Shown here piece after piece: positions 55,764 through 62,620 of a DNA stretch of 62,620 nt; the stretch's first letter is position 1; every line of letters starts with the position of its first letter. Position numbers and translations under genes: made by a program. The DNA is from an uncultured virus (IMG/VR IMGVR_UViG_3300034418_009100) (lineage: Duplodnaviria > Heunggongvirae > Uroviricota > Caudoviricetes), in the IMG/VR virus record IMGVR_UViG_3300034418_009100; one strand, 5' to 3'. The notes below the pieces were generated by a model. The model was given only the letters and a program-made list of their open reading frames with translations. It ran no database searches and was not told the origin of the DNA.

Positions 55764-57437
55764 ATGGATGGACGATATCAAGAAGTAGAAAATCTTATCA
55801 AAAAATTTACTAGGCAAATACCAGACACACCAGAATACAATCAAAGACTAGAACAAGAATTAGAAATAATCGCCAAACTTGGATTTGCCAAACACTTTTT
55901 ACGTGTTAGAGAAATCCTAGATCTCACACAAGACATTCCACATATTACCAGAGGCTCAGCAGGCAGCAGTCTTATCTGTTACTTAATGGCTATATCAGAT
56001 GTGGATCCTGTCAAGGAACGCATACCCCTATCACGTTTTATGAATCCCAGGCGTGATGACTTACCAGACATCGACTTAGACTTTCCGCACTGGCAACAGG
56101 AAACTGTGATGAACAGAATCTTTAGACGTTGGCCTGGCCAGAGTGCCAGAGTGTCTAACTATGTTACTTACAAGGAAAAGTCTGCACTGCGTGAAGCTGC
56201 CAAACGCTATGGTGCCAAAGGCAAACTAAAACGCAACTTTAAGTTAGAAGACGTGGTACCAGAATATGCAGAAGATGCCAAAAGGTTGGCCAACAAACTG
56301 CTAGGCAAGAAACGTTGCATCAGCAAACATTGTGGTGGTATTTTAATATTTGACAGAGCAGTGCCCAAAAGTCTAATCAACGCAGAAAATCAAATCTTGT
56401 TAGACAAGTATGAAATCGAAGACTTAGAACATTTTAAGATAGACATCTTGGCTAACCGCGGACTGAGCCAACTGTGGGAAATAGAGGAACGGGACTTAAT
56501 GGACTATCCCGAAGAGGATGCAGAGACCAGTGAACTGCTATGCAGAGGGGAAATACTGGGAGTCACTCAGGCGGAGTCGCCTGCTATGCGTAGACTGTTT
56601 CGTGCCATACAGCCCAAGTCACGTTCGGACTGTGTGTTGGCCACTGCACTGATCAGACCTGTGGCCACACAGGGCAGACGCAAAGCCAGTTTCTTTCAGG
56701 ACTGGAGTAAAGACAACTTTGAAGGCACCATAGTATTTGAGGACGATGCCATAGAACTGATAGGTGAGATCCTAGGCTGTGACCAATATACCGCAGACAT
56801 GTGGCGTAGAGCGTTCGCCAAAAAAGACGAAGAAAAAATGTTTGAGTTCATGCAGTTGGTTGGTGATCATCCCAGGCGTGACGACGTGTTCTTGGCCCTT
56901 AAAGAACTTAGCCACTTTGGTTTGTGTAGAGCACACGCCATAAATCTGGGTAGACTGATATGGGCTCTGGCCTATCAAAAAGTACACAACCCTAAGGGGT
57001 TTTGGCAAGCCGCACTCAAGCACTGCCAGGGATCGTATGCACGTTGGGTCTACTGGCAGGAAGCCAAACTGGCAGGTGCAGTGCCCGCTGTCATGGAAGG
57101 TGGTGAAGTGGACGACTTAATGCACTCGGGTTGTTGGCGTAGCAGTCGTTTTATTCCTGTCTGTAAAGAAATACGTAGACCCGGACAGATTGAATTTTGT
57201 GGATTGGTGGCAAACTATCGTGTGTTCAAAAGTGGGCCCAAAGAATACATTACGTTTGCTACATTGGGTACAGGTAACGGCAAGTACTTAGACGTAGTAC
57301 TGCCACATGCTACCAGTTTTCACGAACAGCCAATTGTGTGGGGTTTGGGCAAATTAGGCTACAAAAACAACACAGAATATGTTACAGTATACAAGCACAA
57401 AAAATTTCAACTTAGCGAAGTGAAGCACGTAAAATGA
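55764..57437 (+). CDS. dnaE: compact DNA polymerase III alpha (family C) lacking the PHP domain
   Basis: RGSAGSSL, PDIDLDF, KHCGG, KIDIL and AHA motifs; C-terminal OB-fold-like region; only 557 aa. Confidence 0.88.
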   Translation: MDGRYQEVENLIKKFTRQIPDTPEYNQRLEQELEIIAKLGFAKHFLRVREILDLTQDIPHITRGSAGSSLICYLMAISDVDPVKERIPLSRFMNPRRDDLPDIDLDFPHWQQETVMNRIFRRWPGQSARVSNYVTYKEKSALREAAKRYGAKGKLKRNFKLEDVVPEYAEDAKRLANKLLGKKRCISKHCGGILIFDRAVPKSLINAENQILLDKYEIEDLEHFKIDILANRGLSQLWEIEERDLMDYPEEDAETSELLCRGEILGVTQAESPAMRRLFRAIQPKSRSDCVLATALIRPVATQGRRKASFFQDWSKDNFEGTIVFEDDAIELIGEILGCDQYTADMWRRAFAKKDEEKMFEFMQLVGDHPRRDDVFLALKELSHFGLCRAHAINLGRLIWALAYQKVHNPKGFWQAALKHCQGSYARWVYWQEAKLAGAVPAVMEGGEVDDLMHSGCWRSSRFIPVCKEIRRPGQIEFCGLVANYRVFKSGPKEYITFATLGTGNGKYLDVVLPHATSFHEQPIVWGLGKLGYKNNTEYVTVYKHKKFQLSEVKHVK

Positions 57438-57745
57438 ATGTAAAATCAAGACTGCATATCTATCCCTGCTCGGGACCAAAGACAGATGCTTATATTGTGG
57501 GCGAACCCCGAGCACTTAAACATTTGGCTGCACAGTTAAATCGAGCCGCAGACAGTGTGCTGGGTTTGGAAACTGTGGACATGTATAGCAGTGACGGACA
57601 TGAGTACACCGTGGTAATTGCCAGCGATGTTGAAGAGGAAGAGTGGCAGGCAGTGCCTGCGCCCTATGAGCGTGGTAGCACACCTACTACCATAAAAGTT
57701 ATACAAAACTATAACGAAATAAAACAAATATTGACAAAAACGTAG
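57434..57745 (+). CDS. hypothetical protein
   Basis: ATGA-type coupling to dnaE. Confidence 0.65.
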   Translation: MNVKSRLHIYPCSGPKTDAYIVGEPRALKHLAAQLNRAADSVLGLETVDMYSSDGHEYTVVIASDVEEEEWQAVPAPYERGSTPTTIKVIQNYNEIKQILTKT

Positions 57746-57809
57746 ACAGAACGTACAATACTAAATACTCAGTAGAAACACTGATTTATCAACAAGGAGA
57801 AAATTGAAA

Positions 57810-58247
57810 ATGGCACAATCCGTAAAAGGAACTAAAACAGAACAGAGTCTTAAAGAAGCATTTGCTGGTGAAAGTCAGGCAAACCGTCGTTACCTCTACT
57901 TTGCAAACATGGCAGACGTAGCAGGTGAAAACGATTTGGCTGCACTATTCCGCAGTACTGCTGAAGGTGAAACTGGACACGCACACGGTCACATGGAATA
58001 TTTGATTGATGGTGGTGCTGGTGATCCCGCAACTGGCATGCCTGCCAAGAACGTTAAGGAAGCACTGGAAAGTGCTATTCATGGCGAAACACATGAGTAC
58101 ACTGACATGTATCCAGGTATGGCAAAAACTGCTCGTGACGAAGGCTTTGATGAGATTGCTGATTGGTTTGAAACACTGGCCAAGGCTGAACGTAGCCACG
58201 CTGGCAGATTCCAAAAAGCACTAGCAGCACACGAAGCAGGAGAGTAA
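57810..58247 (+). CDS. rbr: rubrerythrin (short form, no rubredoxin domain)
   Basis: [22 protein letters not shown]...MYP and AERSH motifs; early promoter (57731) and late promoter (57762). Confidence 0.95.
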   Translation: MAQSVKGTKTEQSLKEAFAGESQANRRYLYFANMADVAGENDLAALFRSTAEGETGHAHGHMEYLIDGGAGDPATGMPAKNVKEALESAIHGETHEYTDMYPGMAKTARDEGFDEIADWFETLAKAERSHAGRFQKALAAHEAGE

Positions 58248-58254
58248 GTGAACT

Positions 58255-58560
58255 GTGCGGATTATTGACTGGCAAGAGTGGTTAGATTCGCACATTCCCT
58301 ACTATGAGAAACAACGGCAGGAGGCAAGGTATTTAGACAACCCTCCTGCAGTTGTACTACAACTCAGTGTTGTAGATAGATACGACAAACATCGATCCAG
58401 AAACACAATTTGGTTTAACTGGGACACTGCCAACAATGAAATACAGGATCTTGGCTATCAAAACAGTCCTATATTCTTAGACACAGACACACACCAACAA
58501 TGGTTTTGGGCATTCTGGGACAGAGACGAAGCACTGTTAGCTTTGCTCAAATTACAGTAG
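58255..58560 (+). CDS. hypothetical protein
   Basis: 101 aa ORF, GTG start. Confidence 0.6.
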   Translation: MRIIDWQEWLDSHIPYYEKQRQEARYLDNPPAVVLQLSVVDRYDKHRSRNTIWFNWDTANNEIQDLGYQNSPIFLDTDTHQQWFWAFWDRDEALLALLKLQ

Positions 58561-58603
58561 TACTAAAGTAGTACTTGCTCAAAAAGACTCCCGATGTTAT
58601 AAT
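58561..58603 (+). promoter_or_regulatory. palindrome-linked sigma70 promoter element
   Basis: TACTAAAGTAGTAC + TTGCTC-17-TATAAT immediately after a TAG stop. Confidence 0.85.
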
Positions 58604-58624
58604 AATAGCATAGAAAGGGTCGAT

Positions 58625-58975
58625 ATGAAATTCTTTGAAGAAACTACCAAATGGGCAGACAGCACACCTAACCATACGTACCTGCTAAGTGATGACAAAA
58701 GCAAAATGTACGCCTACGTTCCTGTAGGAAAAAAGTCTGTGGTAACTTTCAGTAAGCCAATTCGTATCAGTGCTTCAGGAAGAAAGTTTCGTGTGGTAGC
58801 AAACAAATGGCAGTATCGTATTCCCGAAGAAGAGCAGTCCTCAAACCCAAAATGGGAAGTTCGGGGAAGTAAGGGTGATGTTTATGTGGTGGAAAAAACC
58901 GAGACTGGTCTAACTTGTACTTGCACGGGATTCCGTTTCAGAGCAAAGTGTAAGCATTTAACTTTTTGTAAATAA
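58625..58975 (+). CDS. SWIM zinc-finger protein
   Basis: GSKGDVYVV...CTCTGFRFRAKCKH. Confidence 0.8.
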   Translation: MKFFEETTKWADSTPNHTYLLSDDKSKMYAYVPVGKKSVVTFSKPIRISASGRKFRVVANKWQYRIPEEEQSSNPKWEVRGSKGDVYVVEKTETGLTCTCTGFRFRAKCKHLTFCK

Positions 58976-58979
58976 ATTT

Positions 58980-59534
58980 ATGACTTACAAACCAAACATT
59001 GTAAATTATACTGACGCTGATTTTGACAACTGGTTATCCAAATTAGATAAGACAATTTTTGATTTGTATCCAGAATATGCAATGTTTACTGTTAGTGAAG
59101 CATATATTGAATCTCTGGCTGATTATATAAGAAATCCTTTAAAAGGATTTATTGATGAAATAGAAGGAGAATTTATCTTCGAATCCAAAGATTCTTATGA
59201 TAATTTAATGAACAGTAGATTTGAATTTCAGTACTCGAAAGGACAGGGAACGATAGACGTAGATTATTCTGACACTGTTCGTGGCGAAAACACAGATTTC
59301 ACCAATCAATGTAAACCTGGATCGTTAATAGGGTTTAGAGATGAGAATATCTTTGGTATAGTGGACTCAATTGATAGTGAAAACACTTTAAAATTAAAAT
59401 ATTTTGCATCAAGAACGTCGTTATTCGGCAAGTCTGTTCCAATCCAGAAAAAACAAAAATATTGTATAGTAAAAGAAGTTCAATTACATCAATATATAAG
59501 CATTGCATACGATTTAAATTTACAAATGCGTTGA
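58980..59534 (+). CDS. hypothetical protein (AT-rich)
   Basis: 184 aa ORF. Confidence 0.6.
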   Translation: MTYKPNIVNYTDADFDNWLSKLDKTIFDLYPEYAMFTVSEAYIESLADYIRNPLKGFIDEIEGEFIFESKDSYDNLMNSRFEFQYSKGQGTIDVDYSDTVRGENTDFTNQCKPGSLIGFRDENIFGIVDSIDSENTLKLKYFASRTSLFGKSVPIQKKQKYCIVKEVQLHQYISIAYDLNLQMR

Positions 59535-59592
59535 CAATAAATCCCAAATAAGTTATAATACTTGTATCGTAAACAATTTCGGAGCGTCCAAA

Positions 59593-60909
59593 ATGGATCA
59601 GCCCTGGCAAGTCATTAGTGCGTTAGAAGAGCATAACCTGCGTACCAACAAAGAGCAAATCATTGAAGCGCAGGCCCAAGCAAATAATTTGGAGTTTTTT
59701 GAAGGTTGCAGGCTTGCCTTGGACTCAATGATTACTTTTGGATTAAAACAGATTCCAGAAAAAACAGATCAGGATGGTCCTGGTCTGCCTTGGGAGGCCT
59801 TTACACTGGCTATCACAGGTTTTGTAAATCGGGAAGTTACAGGCAATATGGCACGAGACATGGTTAACCAAATGATGTCTCGTGCTGGGAAAGAAGAGTG
59901 GAACCGTTGGTATCGTAGGATACTGATCAAGGACTTACGCTGTGGCGTAAGCGAAAAAACTATTAACAAGATTGGAAAGAAATATGGCTCAAATTATATT
60001 ATCCCTGTTTTTGATTGTCAACTTGCTCATGATAGTGCTAATCACGAGTCCAAGGTACAAGGAACTAAGAGGATCGAAGTTAAATTGGACGGCGTTAGAG
60101 TTCTTACTGTTGTTTATCCATCTGGTAGGGTGGATCAGTTTAGCCGTAATGGTAAGGAGTTAGCCAACTTCGAACACATCAAAGCAGAGTTGGCAGTAAA
60201 CGCCGCCACGTTTTCAGAGCCAATGGTGCTGGATGGCGAAGTAATGAGTTCAAGTTTTCAAGACTTGATGCGGCAAGTGCATCGCAAGGAAAATGTCAAG
60301 GCCAATGACGCCGTGCTTTATCTTTTTGATGCACTGCCACTCAGTGATTTTGAACAGGGCCGTTGCGCTGTCACACAGAAAGACCGCAGTGCATGGCTGA
60401 ACGATTGGTATGACAACAAATTGAATAAAAGCATGAGTCATGTACAATGTTTGGACCATGCGGTGGTAGACTTAAATACTGACGAAGGGCAACAGCTCTT
60501 CTCAATGTACAACAAGTCAGCAATCGAAAATGGCTACGAAGGTATCATGATTAAGGACTTGGATGCGGCTTATGAATGTAAACGCAGTCATGCTTGGCTC
60601 AAGATGAAACCTTTCATCGAAGTCAGTTTGGAGGTTCGAGAAATTGAAGAAGGTACTGGTCGAAATCAAGGGCGCCTTGGAGCGTTTGTCTGCGAAGGAG
60701 TCGACGACGGCAGACATATTCGTGTTAATGTGGGCAGTGGCTTCACTGATAGCAATCGTGATGATTTTTGGAGTCAGCGCAGTGACATTATCGGCAGTAT
60801 TGTAGAAGTACGTGCAGATGCAGTCACACAGAATCAAGATGGTTCTTACAGTCTGCGCTTTCCCCGTTTTAAAACTTTTCGTGGCTTTCAACAAGGAGAA
60901 AAACTATGA
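59593..60909 (+). CDS. ATP-dependent DNA ligase
   Basis: KLDGVR, LDGEV, EGIMIK, WLKMK, VGSG and SLRFPRF motifs; promoter TTGACA(59531)-17-TATAAT. Confidence 0.96.
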   Translation: MDQPWQVISALEEHNLRTNKEQIIEAQAQANNLEFFEGCRLALDSMITFGLKQIPEKTDQDGPGLPWEAFTLAITGFVNREVTGNMARDMVNQMMSRAGKEEWNRWYRRILIKDLRCGVSEKTINKIGKKYGSNYIIPVFDCQLAHDSANHESKVQGTKRIEVKLDGVRVLTVVYPSGRVDQFSRNGKELANFEHIKAELAVNAATFSEPMVLDGEVMSSSFQDLMRQVHRKENVKANDAVLYLFDALPLSDFEQGRCAVTQKDRSAWLNDWYDNKLNKSMSHVQCLDHAVVDLNTDEGQQLFSMYNKSAIENGYEGIMIKDLDAAYECKRSHAWLKMKPFIEVSLEVREIEEGTGRNQGRLGAFVCEGVDDGRHIRVNVGSGFTDSNRDDFWSQRSDIIGSIVEVRADAVTQNQDGSYSLRFPRFKTFRGFQQGEKL

Positions 60910-60964
60910 TTGCAGCTATTTGGCTTGTGGCAATGGTAATTTATTGGACATAAAGGAAACTAAA

Positions 60965-61429
60965 ATGAAAAAATTAACGGCTTTATTATTAACAGTGACT
61001 CTGCCACTTGTGGCTTTTGGTTATGCGGAATGCGACCCAGATGCCAACATAACCACTATCAATGGTGTGGGCTTGCCAGGTCGGATGGCTACCTTGACCA
61101 ACGAACATGTCATGTTTGATGGTATTATTGACGGTGGAAAAAGAATGACCATTACTCGTGCAGTTCGTAAGGCAGGTACGAGGGTTGGCATTCACATTCA
61201 CAAGTGGGGTGGCACTACCTGTGTTATCGAAGGTGCAATGACTGACTTTGTGGAAGGTCAGGCTCCCGCATATTATCCAGCTGGTACTTGCTACTACATG
61301 CCACCAAATACTTATATGGCTACCAGCAATATGGGCAGTGTAGATGCAGTGATCCAAGATCAATTTATTGTGCCAGATGGACAGCCTTCAATCACTATCG
61401 TGGAGCCAGGATACCCTGCCTGCAAATAA
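60965..61429 (+). CDS. exported cupin-domain protein
   Basis: AAGGA RBS; signal peptide; GIHIH...CVIEG...YPAG.CYYMPP. Confidence 0.75.
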   Translation: MKKLTALLLTVTLPLVAFGYAECDPDANITTINGVGLPGRMATLTNEHVMFDGIIDGGKRMTITRAVRKAGTRVGIHIHKWGGTTCVIEGAMTDFVEGQAPAYYPAGTCYYMPPNTYMATSNMGSVDAVIQDQFIVPDGQPSITIVEPGYPACK

Positions 61430-61981
61430 ATGAAAGATATTTGGGTAATCAGCGACACGCATTTTCATCATGCCAACATCTTACGGTTCAAAGATGCGGA
61501 AGGCAACCTTATCCGCGGCAGTCGTTTTTCTACTGTGGAAGAAATGGATGAGTGCATGTTGGAAAACTGGAACAGTGTAGTAAAGCCTGGGGATAAAGTT
61601 TACCACTTGGGTGATGTGCAAATGGGCACACACGAACAGTTTCGAAAGTTTTGGCCCAGACTAAATGGTAAGAAAAATCTTATCGTTGGTAATCACGATG
61701 ACATCAAGTACTTGGCACAAAATGGTTTTTTTGCTAAAATATATATGTGGCGTATGTTTCCCGAGTTTGGTTTACTGTTAAGTCATGTGCCCATACACGA
61801 AACCAGTGCTCGTAGATATCCGCCCAAAGACTATCCTGAAAGTGTAAAAGAAGTAGTTCAATTGTTAAACGTACATGGACATATTCACCAGAATGCCAGT
61901 CCCACACCACACCATCGTTGTGTCTGCGTTGAGCATATTGATTACACACCCATTAACATTGAAGAACTGAGAATACGATGA
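61430..61981 (+). CDS. calcineurin-like metallophosphoesterase
   Basis: SDTHF, HLGD, GNHD and HGHIH motifs. Confidence 0.92.
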   Translation: MKDIWVISDTHFHHANILRFKDAEGNLIRGSRFSTVEEMDECMLENWNSVVKPGDKVYHLGDVQMGTHEQFRKFWPRLNGKKNLIVGNHDDIKYLAQNGFFAKIYMWRMFPEFGLLLSHVPIHETSARRYPPKDYPESVKEVVQLLNVHGHIHQNASPTPHHRCVCVEHIDYTPINIEELRIR

Positions 61982-62232
61982 ACGAACGAATTCGAGAACT
62001 TGCCAAACAAGCTGGTTATCAGGAAGATATGTTTGGTGTAGGACACTGGGATATGCCTGAATGTAAAAAGTTCGCCGAGTTGATTGTTCGGGAATGTGTT
62101 CAGACATTGCTTGATAATTCACCTGAACTGTTTACCAACGAAGCGGCCGAAGAAGATTGGGACAAAGGATATGATCGAGCAATGCGAGATTGTGTACATC
62201 ATATCAAAGAACATTTCGGAGTTGAAGAATGA
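61978..62232 (+). CDS. small conserved phage protein
   Basis: MNERIRELA...KFAELIVREC...IKEHFGVE pattern. Confidence 0.75.
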   Translation: MNERIRELAKQAGYQEDMFGVGHWDMPECKKFAELIVRECVQTLLDNSPELFTNEAAEEDWDKGYDRAMRDCVHHIKEHFGVEE

Positions 62233-62426
62233 TGGAACAGTACGAACGTAAAGCAAGATTTACAGAACTCAAACCCTATGACATCCTCGCCAAAGAGCAT
62301 GACTTTATGGAAGTATGTGAGTGGAATAATGGTGAGGGTTTTGATGTTACAAAAAACGAACAGCAGTTCTCACTTACTTGGGGACAATGGGAATGTTTGC
62401 AAGCACTGGTTGCTTTTAAAGGTTGA
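62229..62426 (+). CDS. small hypothetical protein
   Basis: EVCEWNNGEGFD; translationally coupled. Confidence 0.65.
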   Translation: MMEQYERKARFTELKPYDILAKEHDFMEVCEWNNGEGFDVTKNEQQFSLTWGQWECLQALVAFKG

Positions 62427-62521
62427 AGGATGACTGAACTATCTCTTTTAGTCACTGGTCTGTCGTCATTTGGATTTGGTTTATCAGTGGGTTTTGTACT
62501 GGGTTACTTTGGAGTTAAATG

Positions 62522-62620
62522 ATGACTAAATGGATTGATCCACCAAGTGGATGGAAATATGGATTTCCTAAGCCTATTCCCGAAGATGTAGTTAACTTCG
62601 AAGATTGGCTCGTGTCTGAG
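62522..62620 (+). CDS. start of a small phage protein, truncated by the window edge
   Basis: MTKWIDPPSGWKYGFPKP. Confidence 0.6.
   Translation, partial: MTKWIDPPSGWKYGFPKPIPEDVVNFEDWLVSE

Overview
This 62.6 kb window is a fragment of a large lytic dsDNA phage genome (jumbo, T4-like myophage style). It is densely coded, mostly on the + strand, and uses genetic code 11. Host-type sigma70 promoters and T4-like late promoters ((TA)TAAATA) are both visible. The host-like genes and the tmRNA tag point to a proteobacterial host, probably betaproteobacterial (inference). Core and virion genes include nrdAB, glutaredoxin, a PD-(D/E)XK exonuclease, an ATP-dependent DNA ligase, PAAR, a SleB hydrolase and putative structural proteins. 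Auxiliary genes include iscU/iscA, rubrerythrin, bS21, Hsp20, ClpS, a desaturase, lipases, uvsE, a queuosine-precursor transporter, a PiT-like transporter and an autotransporter. The most notable observations are: (1) a complete circularly permuted two-piece tmRNA with tag ANDEVFALAA; (2) a repeated palindrome + promoter + RBS element abutting upstream stop codons, forming a 3-copy mini-gene array at 39.6-40.3 kb; (3) a sugar-nucleotide dehydrogenase / 2OG-oxygenase / amidinotransferase / methyltransferase-like / PMM / glycosyltransferase-like cluster; (4) a ParB-like / T5orf172-like / PD-(D/E)XK / DNA-methyltransferase operon bracketed by the repeat; (5) a half-size DnaE lacking the PHP domain; (6) a secreted-protein envelope island; (7) late promoters inside RBS-occluding hairpins and two ROSE-like leaders. 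All calls come from motif recognition by eye; no searches were run.
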